Source: a bacterium (GTDB lineage Bacteria; UBA10199; 2-02-FULL-44-16; JAAZCA01). Taken from it: DNA of 64,000 nt. The stretch covers positions 680,929 to 744,928 of the forward strand of contig CAXXGI010000001.1 in the NCBI GenBank assembly GCA_963674695.2. The letters are read 5' to 3'. The translations under genes were made by a program, and so were the position numbers. Positions 1-9,961 of the stretch are shown here, in pieces (the first letter of the stretch is position 1; every line of letters begins with the position of its first letter). The notes under the pieces are model-generated. The model saw nothing but the letters and a program-made list of their open reading frames with translations, did not search any database and was not told where the DNA came from.

Positions 1-656
1 CTGTCGATCGCCGACCGATTGAGTTGAATCGTGGAGTCGTCGATCGACCAGGTCGCCGTATAGCCGTTGTTGGAGACGAAGAACTCGCAGTCGCCAGAAC
101 TGGTCATGCTGTAGGGCGTCGAGGGACAGTTGGTTCCCGTCAGATAATCCGTACTCAGATCCATCTCGAACGCCCAATCGCCGGACAGCGGCGTGATGGC
201 GGTGACCGCCGCTGGATCGAAGACGATCGGGGGAAGCGCCAAGTAGGACGTCGAGGTCACGAATGTGGCGGCCTGATCCCCGCCGAATGAGAGAAGCATG
301 AGGGCCGTCTCCTCCGGCGCTGCCCCACTGGGAAAGGTAAAACTCGCCGATGACTGCGCGCCGGCAGCGATCTCGGAGGAACTGCTGAGTGCAACGCTCG
401 AGGCCTCGCCCGTCGTTGCGTCATAGACGGCAAGTGCCGGGGCGCCGACGACCGCATCGGAGTTGTTGACGACGGTGAGCGTCCCCCCCGCTCCGCTGAC
501 GAGGATGCCCGCGAGGATCTGCGCGCTATTGGTGATGGCCCGCCACTGATTATCGTCGAGCGTGTCGCTGGATGAATCATCCGACGAGGTACTCCCGCAG
601 GAAACTACAAAAACCAGAGCAGCAACGATGATGAGCATCGCCGAAATACGTCTCAT
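1..656 (-). CDS. lipoprotein, 5' part only (gene continues past the left edge)
   Basis: The minus-strand frame from ATG 656-654 was checked codon by codon and has no stop down to nt 1. GGGAGG Shine-Dalgarno (revcomp of 661-666). N-terminus MRRISAMLIIVAALVFVVSCGS is a signal peptide with a lipobox Cys. It is missing from the ORF track because no stop lies inside the window. Confidence 0.6.
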   Translation of the reverse strand, partial: MRRISAMLIIVAALVFVVSCGSTSSDDSSSDTLDDNQWRAITNSAQILAGILVSGAGGTLTVVNNSDAVVGAPALAVYDATTGEASSVALSSSSEIAAGAQSSASFTFPSGAAPEETALMLLSFGGDQAATFVTSTSYLALPPIVFDPAAVTAITPLSGDWAFEMDLSTDYLTGTNCPSTPYSMTSSGDCEFFVSNNGYTATWSIDDSTIQLNRSAID

Positions 657-837
657 AAAACCTCCCCCCAACGAGATGACATCGATCGACCGAACGCGAT
701 ATCGCTCATTATAACAGCACGCTGTGAGGGGGGCCAGCATCGATCAGCATGAGGGCCTGTGGTCACCGATTCCCCCTTTTCGTCGCCAAAACAGCGTGCT
801 ATGGTTCGGATCCTAACCCGATCACCAGGAGGTTCAT

Positions 838-1728
838 ATGCCCCCCATCGTCACGTTTCTCCTCATCGCCGCCGGCGTCATCTTCATCATCGGCATTCGC
901 ATCGTGCGGCCCACGCATCGCGGGATCGTCGAGCGCCTCGGAAAGTACAACCGCTATTCGGAGGCGGGCTTTCACTGGATCTTCCCCGTCATCGAGCGCA
1001 TGTTCCGGGTGAACGTGACCGAGCAGATGGTCGACGCGCAACCGCAGGAGATCATCACGAACGATAACTTGAACGCGCGCGTCGATGCGCAGGTCTACTT
1101 CAAGGTGAAGTGCGATGCCGAAAGCGTGAAGGGCTCGCAGTACAACGTGAACAACTATCAGTGGCAGATCGTCAACCTCGCGCGCACGACGCTGCGCAAC
1201 ATCATCGGCACGCTCACGCTCAAGTCGGCGAACAGCGAACGCGGCAAGATCAACCAGGAACTGCACAAGACGCTCTGCGATGAGACCAAGAGCTGGGGAA
1301 TCGACATCGTGCGCACGGAGCTCAAAGAGATCGACCCGCCGCAGGACGTGCAGGAGACGATGAACAAGGTCGTGAAAGCCGAGAACGAGAAGATCGCCGC
1401 GATCGACTATGCCACCGCCACCGAGACCGCGGCCGACGGCCAGAAGCGAGCCGAGATCAAACGCGCCGAGGGCATCAAGCAGGCGCGCATCCTTGAGGCC
1501 GAGGGCGAGTCCAGCGCCATCAAGCTCGTCAACGAAGCAGCCGAGCAATACTTCATCGGCAACGCGCAGGTCCTGCGCAAGCTCGAGGCCGTTGAGCGCG
1601 CGCTGGGCACCAACGCCAAGATCGTCGTCCCGGGCAATGCAGATCTGGTCAACGTCATCGGCGAGATGGCGGGCATCGTGCCGGTAAAGAGCAAGGGTAC
1701 GCCCGCGAACCCCGGGTCTGAGGGGTAG
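838..1728 (+). CDS. SPFH/band-7 (stomatin/prohibitin-like) membrane protein
   Basis: N-terminal TM helix, then an SPFH core (RIVRPTHRGIVERLGKY, NLNARVDAQVYFKV) and an Ala/Glu-rich coiled tail (AEIKRAEGIKQARILEAEGE). AGGAGG SD at 827-832. Confidence 0.85.
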   Translation: MPPIVTFLLIAAGVIFIIGIRIVRPTHRGIVERLGKYNRYSEAGFHWIFPVIERMFRVNVTEQMVDAQPQEIITNDNLNARVDAQVYFKVKCDAESVKGSQYNVNNYQWQIVNLARTTLRNIIGTLTLKSANSERGKINQELHKTLCDETKSWGIDIVRTELKEIDPPQDVQETMNKVVKAENEKIAAIDYATATETAADGQKRAEIKRAEGIKQARILEAEGESSAIKLVNEAAEQYFIGNAQVLRKLEAVERALGTNAKIVVPGNADLVNVIGEMAGIVPVKSKGTPANPGSEG

Positions 1729-1742
1729 GTGCAGGGGGAACG

Positions 1743-2456
1743 ATGAGACGATGTGCTTTTTTGGTTTTGCTCGCCCTTCTCGCCGCAAATTGTGGGGGGA
1801 ATGCGGGATCCTCCTTCACGGCTGAAGAGAACGACTCCCAGACGCTTGCCCTGACGACACAAACGGCGCTCGTCATTGAAAATACCAATGGAACGATCAC
1901 CATCACCGGCTCCGATGCGACCGCAGAGCTTACCTGTCTCACCACCAAAAAGGTGACGAGCACCGTCAGCACAAGCGATGCGCAGGGGCATATCTCCGAT
2001 ATCGACGTCGCGGTGAGTGAGGATGCAGACAGCGTCACCTACGCGGTGACGCATCCCACCAGCGAGAGCAGGAGTTACGAGGTCAATTTCGATATCACCC
2101 TGCCCAACCACCTGAACGTCGTCATCACCCTGTACAATGGAAACATCGCGTTGAACGCCACCACGACATCGGTGGAGGTCAATCTGCTCAATGGCACGTT
2201 CGTTGCCGACCTGACCCTCAACGATCCCTGTGCCCTTGCCATCGACGTTGGCAACGGAGACATCATGCTCACGCTGCCGAATTCGACAAACGCGGCGCTC
2301 ACGGCATCCGTCGTCAATGGAGCGATCATCAATGATGGATTGATTTTTACCGACCAGGACATTTCAAGCACGCAGTTTTCCGGAACGCTCGGCACGGGCG
2401 ACGGAAGCATCGTGCTCAGCGTTGCAAACGGACAGATCGAGATGGGCGCCGAGTAG
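1743..2456 (+). CDS. lipoprotein with DUF4097-like (putative adhesin, beta-helical) repeats
   Basis: Signal peptide plus lipobox (LLAANCGG). Recurrent xNGxIxL strands (NTNGTITITGS, LYNGNIALNAT, LLNGTFVADLT, VGNGDIMLTLP, VVNGAIINDG, VANGQIEMG). Confidence 0.6.
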   Translation: MRRCAFLVLLALLAANCGGNAGSSFTAEENDSQTLALTTQTALVIENTNGTITITGSDATAELTCLTTKKVTSTVSTSDAQGHISDIDVAVSEDADSVTYAVTHPTSESRSYEVNFDITLPNHLNVVITLYNGNIALNATTTSVEVNLLNGTFVADLTLNDPCALAIDVGNGDIMLTLPNSTNAALTASVVNGAIINDGLIFTDQDISSTQFSGTLGTGDGSIVLSVANGQIEMGAE

Positions 2457-2511
2457 ATTCAAATGAGCCCTACCTGATTTCAATTTTACCATACGGTAAC
2501 GATCACGGCTT

Positions 2512-2868
2512 TCAGCGACCGGCGAGTTTTCCTAAGACCGGGCACGTCTTCATCTCGTCCTCCAAAACTTCCGGGGGAGTATCCGCATCGAGGAAATTGA
2601 AGGGATAGTCCTTGGCATACGAGGTGCGACGGCCGCCATACTCCCTGCATCGATATCGTTTATCAACGCGTTCCAGATTGATACAGGGATAGTGAAAGAC
2701 GACCTTCCAGAGTTCGTCTTTGATCAGCTCGCGCACCTCGATGCGATCCGTGTCGAGCCGGGAAAACCGGAGGGCATCGTCCGGGTCCTGAATCAGAATA
2801 TGGAACGTCATGCAGCAGCGGGCGCAGGCCTGGCAGATCTCCGAATTGATCGCCGCCCGGTCCCTCAT
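2512..2868 (-). CDS. YkgJ/UPF0153-like Cys-rich (CxxCxxCC) zinc/iron-chelating domain protein
   Basis: Exact CxxCxxCC motif (CQACARCC) near the N-terminus and further Cys downstream. The start overlaps the stop of the upstream small gene (ATGA at 2865-2868). Confidence 0.6.
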   Translation of the reverse strand: MRDRAAINSEICQACARCCMTFHILIQDPDDALRFSRLDTDRIEVRELIKDELWKVVFHYPCINLERVDKRYRCREYGGRRTSYAKDYPFNFLDADTPPEVLEDEMKTCPVLGKLAGR

Positions 2869-3011
2869 TTCGCACGCCTCTTTGCCTGCGCCTTCTTCGC
2901 CGTTTTGCTGACCTGCTGCTTGTCCGAGGCGCGCGAATCCCGCAAAGGACGTTTGACCTTGCTGGTATAGATCTTTCCAAGCTTCCCCGTTATCCTGTTA
3001 TCAGCACCCAT
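2865..3011 (-). CDS. small basic protein (48 aa), function unknown
   Basis: Internal ATG at 3011 of ORF 2865..3134, preceded by a strong SD (AAGGGAGG, revcomp of 3015-3024 region). Lys/Arg-rich product MGADNRITGKLGKIYTSKVKRPL...KKAQAKRRAK. 4-nt overlap with the next gene. Confidence 0.45.
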   Translation of the reverse strand: MGADNRITGKLGKIYTSKVKRPLRDSRASDKQQVSKTAKKAQAKRRAK

Positions 3012-3048
3012 TTTTTCCTCCCTTGTTGTATTCCAGTTCCATTTTTCC

Positions 3049-4299
3049 TCATTTCCCATTGCCAGCGGGGATCGCCTTGCCCTCCTTGTAGGTCGGATAG
3101 GTGAACCCGCCATCGAGGAAATTCGTCTGTTCATCGATCTGCGTCGGATCGATCTCCAAAAATTTTACCGTGGGTGCAACCAGCGCCTTGTACTGCTCGG
3201 GCCGGCGGTCCTTGAGGTAATAATATTTCGGCGCCGGATGCGTCATGCCGTAATAGGCGGGGATGCAATCGGCGATGAGCATCGTATCCTGCTCGTGATC
3301 GGCGGCGACGATGATGTCGCCGTGCGGCCCGGCCACCATGCTGTTGCCGCGATAGTGCCACACGTCCTCGCCACGTTTTTCATATCCCGTTCGGTTGGCA
3401 TAGGCAAAGAAAATGTTGTTCGCATAGGCGTTGGCCGGAAAGAGAACCTCGGCCACGTCGGGATAGGGCACGCGGCTGCGTTTTCCATCGGGGAGGGTGT
3501 AGTAGTTGTCGGCAGCCGTGGGACCGACGATCAGCTTGGCCCCGTTGAGCGCCAACACGCGCGCGAGCTCCGGAAACTCACATTCGTAACAGTTGAGCAC
3601 CCCCACCGGAAAACCGAATATCGAGTGGACCGGATAGTCGCTGTCGCCGAAGCTCCAGTTGTCGCGTTCCTGCTGACCGTAGAGCTGCGTCTTGTGATAG
3701 CTGTCGAGCAACTCGCCCATCTCGCTGATCACGGCGATGCTGTCATAGTATCGCAACTTCCCATCGGGCGCCTTCACCTTTTCGGCATAGGGGACGATGA
3801 GCGCCATCCGGTATTTCTGCGCGAGCGAGCGAGCCCGAGCGATGCTCGAGCCGTCCTTGAATTCGGCGACCTCGCGAGCCGTCTCCGGACTCAAGGTATA
3901 TCCCGGCACATAGAGTTCGGGAAAGGCCAACAGCTGAACACCATAGGAGCTGGCCGTTTTCACCGCCAGCTCCAGTCGATCCATGTTCTTGGCCGTGGCC
4001 CCCGCGCCGCCTGCCGCCTGCGCTTGATAGATGCCGAGCCGAATCCCCGCACCATGCGACGGAAGCGATTGATAGATGGAGGTCCGAATCTGCAGCGTGC
4101 GATAGCCCCGCTCGACCGACTCCCGATAGGCGGGCGTTCCGTCATCGTCGGTCAGCGGATGCGAAGACGACGGCGCCACGCCCCTCGTCGAACGCCTGCA
4201 CCCACACCACTTCGGCGCGCCCGCAACATACAGATAGAGGGCAACGCCGATGACGATGGCGGTAATGGCCGCGATAATCCCGATGGTCGTCTTCTTCAT
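3049..4299 (-). CDS. carbon-nitrogen hydrolase (nitrilase superfamily) with N-terminal membrane anchor
   Basis: N-terminal TM helix (TIGIIAAITAIVIGVALYLYV). Glu-Lys-Cys triad contexts LAFPELYVPGY, YHKTQLYG and LNCYECEFPE. Confidence 0.8.
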   Translation of the reverse strand: MKKTTIGIIAAITAIVIGVALYLYVAGAPKWCGCRRSTRGVAPSSSHPLTDDDGTPAYRESVERGYRTLQIRTSIYQSLPSHGAGIRLGIYQAQAAGGAGATAKNMDRLELAVKTASSYGVQLLAFPELYVPGYTLSPETAREVAEFKDGSSIARARSLAQKYRMALIVPYAEKVKAPDGKLRYYDSIAVISEMGELLDSYHKTQLYGQQERDNWSFGDSDYPVHSIFGFPVGVLNCYECEFPELARVLALNGAKLIVGPTAADNYYTLPDGKRSRVPYPDVAEVLFPANAYANNIFFAYANRTGYEKRGEDVWHYRGNSMVAGPHGDIIVAADHEQDTMLIADCIPAYYGMTHPAPKYYYLKDRRPEQYKALVAPTVKFLEIDPTQIDEQTNFLDGGFTYPTYKEGKAIPAGNGK

Positions 4300-4334
4300 A
4301 TCTCAAGCTCCCCCTTCACGATCGTTTCATATAT

Positions 4335-4486
4335 GGGCACCTCTAAAAACCCTATTTTTTGTTCGTCATCCCCGAGTGCTTAAATCGGGGATCCAGCCAG
4401 GTGCCTTTGTGTACGACTTTCCGGGACTGGATCCCCGACTACACCACTCGGGGATGACAGTCGAAACCGGGTTTTTAGAGGTGCCC
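4335..4486. mobile_element. MITE-like element (152 bp) with perfect 18-bp terminal inverted repeats
   Basis: GGGCACCTCTAAAAACCC at 4335-4352 and its reverse complement GGGTTTTTAGAGGTGCCC at 4469-4486. ATAT on both flanks. Internal ATCCCCGA...TCGGGGAT hairpins. A second, about 85% similar copy lies at 22529-22701. Confidence 0.6.
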
Positions 4487-4550
4487 ATATTTATATTTCA
4501 ATTATGAAATCCATGAACGTGCTGACAGGGCCCCCATCAATCGACCGCGA

Positions 4551-4931
4551 TCACTGTGGTACGGGCGTGGACTTGCCGCCGCTGTAACACCAGTTCATCG
4601 CATCCAAAAACGCCGTGAACTGCTTCTTCGTCCCCGACCGATCGGTGGCGAGCGCCGTATTATCATTCGCGTTCAGGATGAGGCATCCGGTCTCCGACAT
4701 GAAGAAAAAGCGCCTCTTGTTGTCGGGACTGTACTCGACATGGACGAGGTCGTAGCCGGTGCCGGCGAAGATGCCGGTCACGCCCGGAAACTGGCCGATG
4801 CATTCGACGAGCGCCCGTTTGTTTGGCGCCTGCTGTTGCGTACACGTGAAGCCATTGGCGGAGACGGCCTCGATCGCAAATGTGGACAGGGGCATGCAAA
4901 CGATGGCGACGATGATGAGGATTGATTTCAT
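4551..4931 (-). CDS. small secreted 4-Cys protein (paralog of 6798..7142)
   Basis: Signal peptide MKSILIIVAIVCMPLSTFA. Shares NGFTC...C.GQFPGV.G...GCL...C with the 6798..7142 product. Confidence 0.6.
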   Translation of the reverse strand: MKSILIIVAIVCMPLSTFAIEAVSANGFTCTQQQAPNKRALVECIGQFPGVTGIFAGTGYDLVHVEYSPDNKRRFFFMSETGCLILNANDNTALATDRSGTKKQFTAFLDAMNWCYSGGKSTPVPQ

Positions 4932-4958
4932 GGTGCGCTCCTTTCCGCTGGGTGGGAA

Positions 4959-6665
4959 CTATCTCGGTGTATCCTTCTCATACGGCCAGGCCATGATACC
5001 GCCCTCCATCACTTTGACATTCGTCCACCCATTCGCCTGGAGTATGAGTGCCGCCTCGTAGCCACGCAACGAGATCTTACAGAAGCAGATGATCTCCCGA
5101 TCCTTGTCCTCCGGGAGTTCGCCCAGGCGCCCCCGCAGAGCACCGAGCGGAATGAGCGTCTCGCCGACACCCAAGCGCATGGTCTCGTATTCATCTGGGC
5201 CACGGGTATCGAGGAGGAAGGGCTTTTCCGCACCTTGCAGCTTCTCAAAGACCTCCTTCGCGGATATCCCGCACATCCGACCCGCGAGTTTGTTCTGCAT
5301 GATGTGCGCGCAGGCGATGAAGTGATCGATGGCGAGCGAAAACGGCGGCGCATAGGGGAGATCGAGACACGCGAGGTCATCGACGGTCAACTTCCCCTTG
5401 AGCGCCATGGCCGCGGTGGCGATCTGCTTGCTGACATCACCGGAGCCCACGCTCTGGTAACCGAGGACCCTTTTGCTCGATCGATCGACGACCATCTTGC
5501 TGATCAGCGGGTTGGCACCCATAAATCCGGGTTTGTCCGGACTGGCGTTGATGGCCGTCTCGATATCGGTATACCCATTCTGCCGCGCCACCTTTTCGGA
5601 GAGACCGGTCGATCCCGCTGTAAAATCGAAGACCTTGCAGATGCCCGTCTGAATCGTGCCCGGAAACGTCGCCGTATTGCCGGCGATGATGTTCTCTCCG
5701 GCGACGCGACCCTCGAGATTGGCAAGATCGCCGTAGGGTGCGGGCACCTTTTTCCCCAGGATGAGGTGTTCTATTTCGACACAATCCCCGGCGGCATAGA
5801 TATCTGGATCGGAGGTCTGCATATATTCGTCGACCTCGATGCCACCGCGCTCGCCCATGCGAAGCCCTGCTTGCTTGGCAAGATGTGTGTTCGGCCGAAC
5901 CCCGATGGAGACGACGGCGAGTTCGCAGGGAATCTCCGCTCCACTCTGCAATCGAACTCCCGATAGATGTCCATCCTTCCCCAAAAATTCACTCACACCA
6001 TCGTTGGTGATAATGTGCACGCCCTTGCTGCGGATATGATTTTCGACGAGACGGGCGAGTTCCTCATCCAAAAAGGTGAGGAGCTGCGGCAGGAGCTCGA
6101 CGACGGTCATCTCGATTCCCGCGAGATGGAGTGCCTCGCAGGTTTCGACCCCAATCAGCCCACCGCCGATGACGACCGCCTTCTTGATCTTCTTCTCGTC
6201 CCGAACCTTGCGAAGATAATCAGCATCCTGCATCGATTGCAGGGTCGTGATGCCGGCGAGATCCACCCCGGGAAGCGGAGGAACGAGCGGCGTCGAACCC
6301 GTGCAGATGGCGAGCTTGTCGTAGGAGAGCGTCTCCTCCTCACCGGTCTTGAGCTTTTTGCACGTCACGGTGTGCGCCGCGCGATCGATGGCCGTGACCT
6401 CCGTCTCGGTTCGAGCATCGATGCCCTTGGCCTTGAGAAAGAAGATCGAATCTCGAATAACACCCGTCGGCGTGCAGACGAGCTTGTTTCGATCGTCGAA
6501 GGTGCCACCGACGTAATAGGGATACCCACACGAGGCCATAGAGAGGTTGGCGTCCTTCTGCAGGATGACGATCTCGGCGTCCTGATCCATCCGGCGGGCC
6601 TTCGCTGCTGTCTTGGGACCCGCTGCGGAGCCCCCGATGACGATGATGCGTTTTTTCGATGACAT
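4959..6665 (-). CDS. CoA-disulfide reductase / NADH oxidase-family flavoprotein fused to a C-terminal rhodanese domain (CoADR-RHD)
   Basis: Start moved to the internal ATG at 6665 (AGGAG SD). FAD fold IIVIGGSAAG, redox Cys context SMASCGYPYY, NAD fold VVIGGGLIGVE, and a C-terminal rhodanese loop CFCKISLRG. Confidence 0.85.
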   Translation of the reverse strand: MSSKKRIIVIGGSAAGPKTAAKARRMDQDAEIVILQKDANLSMASCGYPYYVGGTFDDRNKLVCTPTGVIRDSIFFLKAKGIDARTETEVTAIDRAAHTVTCKKLKTGEEETLSYDKLAICTGSTPLVPPLPGVDLAGITTLQSMQDADYLRKVRDEKKIKKAVVIGGGLIGVETCEALHLAGIEMTVVELLPQLLTFLDEELARLVENHIRSKGVHIITNDGVSEFLGKDGHLSGVRLQSGAEIPCELAVVSIGVRPNTHLAKQAGLRMGERGGIEVDEYMQTSDPDIYAAGDCVEIEHLILGKKVPAPYGDLANLEGRVAGENIIAGNTATFPGTIQTGICKVFDFTAGSTGLSEKVARQNGYTDIETAINASPDKPGFMGANPLISKMVVDRSSKRVLGYQSVGSGDVSKQIATAAMALKGKLTVDDLACLDLPYAPPFSLAIDHFIACAHIMQNKLAGRMCGISAKEVFEKLQGAEKPFLLDTRGPDEYETMRLGVGETLIPLGALRGRLGELPEDKDREIICFCKISLRGYEAALILQANGWTNVKVMEGGIMAWPYEKDTPR

Positions 6666-6797
6666 GGACACGATCTCCTTTTTTGTGTGCCTCAAAAGAG
6701 GGCACGGACCCGATGTGACACCGTTCTTTGCCGCAAAAAAACCAGCAGAATCGACAAGGCACAAGGGATTTCGACCCCACGACCCTCAGCAATCAGA

Positions 6798-7142
6798 TCA
6801 CTTCGCCACCTTGCAGAAATCCATCGCCTTCTTGATCGATGTGAAGGTGGCCGATTTTCCCTTGCGGTTGGTCATGCGCAGCTCACGCTTCTTTTGATCG
6901 CCGACGAGCAGGCACCCCTGATGCGAGTCATACTGATAGTCGCGGCCATCCCGTTCATATTGAACGATGACCGAATAGGTGCCGATGGCCCCGAACGTTC
7001 CCTTCACGCCCGGAAACTGCCCCCGGCAGGAAACCGTGTTCTCCTTCTTCCCACAGGTGAAGCCGTTTACCGAATAGGCCTCCTGCGCAAACGAAGACAG
7101 CGGCAGCAAAACGATGGCGGCGATGATGAGGATCGATTTCAT
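6798..7142 (-). CDS. small secreted 4-Cys protein (paralog of 4551..4931)
   Basis: Internal ATG at 7142 gives MKSILIIAAIVLLPLSSFA (signal peptide). Four conserved Cys and a GQFPGVKG motif shared with 4551..4931. Confidence 0.6.
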   Translation of the reverse strand: MKSILIIAAIVLLPLSSFAQEAYSVNGFTCGKKENTVSCRGQFPGVKGTFGAIGTYSVIVQYERDGRDYQYDSHQGCLLVGDQKKRELRMTNRKGKSATFTSIKKAMDFCKVAK

Positions 7143-7176
7143 GGTGCGCTCCTTGTGGTGGGAAGAATGAGGAACG

Positions 7177-8397
7177 CTATGAATATTGCGGCATAAGGTC
7201 AATGGCTCGCTGCATAAAGTCGATTGCTGCAGCGCCTGCCCATGGAAGAAATCGCACACTCCGACCATCGCAGGTGACCATCTCCTCCACGTTATCGTTA
7301 AAGACAATCGCCTCCGGCGCATCCTGATACGCCTGGAGAAATTTTTTCAGCCCTTCAGGCACCACAGCCCTTTTGAGGCCGGACTTCACTTCAATCGGAT
7401 AGGGTACTCGATTTTTGACAACGATAAAATCGACCTCGTCCCCCCTCTTTGTTCGCCAAAAACGAAGCTCCATGTTCGCCTTGAGCTGCCGAACAATATT
7501 CAAGGCAACAAAACTCTCTTTGAGGAAACCGGCATCCCCTCGCTCTGCAAGGGGCTGGAAATCCTTCACCAGGCTGTTTCGAATGCCCATATCGAAGAGG
7601 AAGTGCTTTCTCGATTTTTTCAACTCATTTCCAAGGTTACGGGCATAGCTCGGCACCATATGACAAACGTAGGTCTGTGAGAGAATTTCGAGATAGCGCT
7701 CCACCGTCGGCTTTGACATGCCGATCTCTCCCGCAAGATTCGATGATACGATGATCGAACCCTGTTGTTCAGCGAGAAGATACATCAGCTGATTGAAGGC
7801 GCGGACATTTTCCTCGCGCACCAATCCCTTGATGTCTCTATTCACATAGGTGGCAACGATTGTCTGAAGCTCGTTCGGGATGTCCTCATTGCTCTTCAAA
7901 TTGACAAGGCCGGGCATCCCTCCCGCCACCAGCGCCTGCTCTTTTTGATATCGCGGCTGCTGCTCGAGTTCAGTCAGAGAAAGCGGGTAGATACGATTGA
8001 AGAGAATCCTTCCCGCAAGACTCTCCTTGAGATGCGTGTGCATCTCCATCGCCGACGACCCGGAGGCAAATATTTTGATCCGTTTTTTTCTGCTGTCGAA
8101 GATTGCCTTGAAGATATGAGAGATATTTTTCAGGAGGTAGAGTTCGTCGACGAAGACAACATCGCCGCTCGACGTCAGCACATCAAACTGCTCCTTGTCT
8201 GTCGCACCGAGTGCGAGGAGATCGTCCGGCACTTCGAGATTTAAATACCGCGTTTTCAGCCCTCGCCGCCTGGCTTCCGTTTCGAGTTCGCGGAGCAAAA
8301 ATGTCTTTCCCACCTGGCGCGGCCCCACCAGGACCGAGATCTTCGGATCATCAAATTGAGCCATTAAGTCATTGATAACGCTACGCTTTATTTTCAT
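7177..8397 (-). CDS. AAA+ ATPase (AAA_14 plus DUF4143 type)
   Basis: Internal ATG at 8397. Walker A GPRQVGKT, Walker B VVFVDELY. C-terminal half resembles DUF4143 (RFWRTKRGDEVDFIV). Confidence 0.8.
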   Translation of the reverse strand: MKIKRSVINDLMAQFDDPKISVLVGPRQVGKTFLLRELETEARRRGLKTRYLNLEVPDDLLALGATDKEQFDVLTSSGDVVFVDELYLLKNISHIFKAIFDSRKKRIKIFASGSSAMEMHTHLKESLAGRILFNRIYPLSLTELEQQPRYQKEQALVAGGMPGLVNLKSNEDIPNELQTIVATYVNRDIKGLVREENVRAFNQLMYLLAEQQGSIIVSSNLAGEIGMSKPTVERYLEILSQTYVCHMVPSYARNLGNELKKSRKHFLFDMGIRNSLVKDFQPLAERGDAGFLKESFVALNIVRQLKANMELRFWRTKRGDEVDFIVVKNRVPYPIEVKSGLKRAVVPEGLKKFLQAYQDAPEAIVFNDNVEEMVTCDGRSVRFLPWAGAAAIDFMQRAIDLMPQYS

Positions 8398-8521
8398 AAA
8401 ACCATTGTAACCCCACACTTTACAATGGTCAATCCCCTTTTCCCCGGCATTGCCATGACCCGCACCTTCATGACCTCGATTTGGACTTTTCAGATTTTCA
8501 ATGATACGGTGTCCATCAGAT

Positions 8522-9937
8522 ATGCAGACAAGCGAACCGAAAAGAAACAAGCGGGTGCTGGGCGTCTTCGCCATCACGATGATCAACATGTGCATCGTCT
8601 TCAGCGTCCGCGGCTTTCCGCTGCTGGCTGAAGAAGGCCTCTCGCTCGTCTTCTATCTGCTTTTTTCGGCGCTGACCTTTCTCATCCCCGCATCGCTCAT
8701 CAGCGCGGAGCTCGCCAGCGCCTGGCCTCCCCGGGGCCCCGGCGGCGTCTACATCTGGACGCGGGAGGCGTTCGGCACCCGGCTCGCATTCCTTGCCGTC
8801 TGGTTTCAATGGATCTCGGCGGTCGTCTGGTTTCCGACCGTCCTGTCGTTCATCGCGGCCACCATCGCCTACATCTTCGACCCCGCACTGGCGTCGAACA
8901 AACACTTCATCCTCTTCGTCGTCCTGGGGATCTACTGGCTGGCCACCCTCGGCAATTTCCTCGGCATGAAGGAAGTGGAGTGGATCGGCACGCTCGGTGT
9001 CATCAGCACGTTCACCGTAGCGGGTTTTATTATCGTATTGGGAGTAGCCTGGTTTCTCCAAGGAAACCCCGCTCAGATCTCGCTGACGCTGCACGACCTC
9101 GTCCCCGACCTGAGCAACATCGACAACATCGTCTTCCTGGCGGGGGTCATGGTCATCATCTCCGGCATCGAGATCACCTCCGTTCACAGCGACGCCATCA
9201 TCGACCCGAAACGAACGCTGCCGAAGGCGATCATGCTCTCGGCCTTTCTCTCCATCAGTCTGCTCATCCTCGGCTCGCTCTCGCTCGCACTCGTCGTCCC
9301 ACAAAAGGAGATCAGCCTGGTCGCTGGACTGATGGAGGCATTCCATCTCTTCTTCCGCGCCTACCACCTGGAATGGCTCGTTCCGGTCTTGGCGGTGCTC
9401 GTCGTCGTCGGTTCACTAGGAGAGGTCAGCTCCTGGATCCTGGGGCCCAGCAAGGGGCTCTTCGTCTCATCGCGCGACGGCGTGCTGCCGCCGTTTTTTC
9501 GGCGCACCAATCGCAAGGGCATTCCGACCAACATCCTCATCATCCAAGCCCTGATCGTCACCGCGCTGATGTTCGTCTTCCTCTTCATGCCGAACATCAA
9601 CAGTGCCTACTGGATCTTGACCGCGATGAATGCGCAGCTCTACCTGATCATGTACATCATCATGTTTCTCGCCGCGCTCGTGTTGCGGATCACACGGCCG
9701 GAGGTTCCACGCCCATTCAGAATCGGCGGCGGGCATGTCGGCATCTTTGCCATCGTCGGCATCGCCGTCGCGGGAGCACTGTTTACCCTGATCATCGGCT
9801 TCTTCTCGCCGAGTCAGATCGAGACGGGCAGCATCGCCTTTTACGAAACTTTTCTCATCGGCGGCATGGGCACGATATCCGCCATCGCCCTTCTCATCTA
9901 CGCCCTGCGCAAGCCGCATTGGATGCATGAGGGATAG
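8522..9937 (+). CDS. APC-family amino acid permease (GadC/YjeM-like)
   Basis: About 12 predicted TM segments. N-terminal signature VFAITMINMCIVFSVRGFP...SAELASAWPPRGPGGVYIWTREAFG. Confidence 0.85.
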   Translation: MQTSEPKRNKRVLGVFAITMINMCIVFSVRGFPLLAEEGLSLVFYLLFSALTFLIPASLISAELASAWPPRGPGGVYIWTREAFGTRLAFLAVWFQWISAVVWFPTVLSFIAATIAYIFDPALASNKHFILFVVLGIYWLATLGNFLGMKEVEWIGTLGVISTFTVAGFIIVLGVAWFLQGNPAQISLTLHDLVPDLSNIDNIVFLAGVMVIISGIEITSVHSDAIIDPKRTLPKAIMLSAFLSISLLILGSLSLALVVPQKEISLVAGLMEAFHLFFRAYHLEWLVPVLAVLVVVGSLGEVSSWILGPSKGLFVSSRDGVLPPFFRRTNRKGIPTNILIIQALIVTALMFVFLFMPNINSAYWILTAMNAQLYLIMYIIMFLAALVLRITRPEVPRPFRIGGGHVGIFAIVGIAVAGALFTLIIGFFSPSQIETGSIAFYETFLIGGMGTISAIALLIYALRKPHWMHEG

Positions 9938-9961
9938 GCTACGGTTCGAGAATAAAATCAC

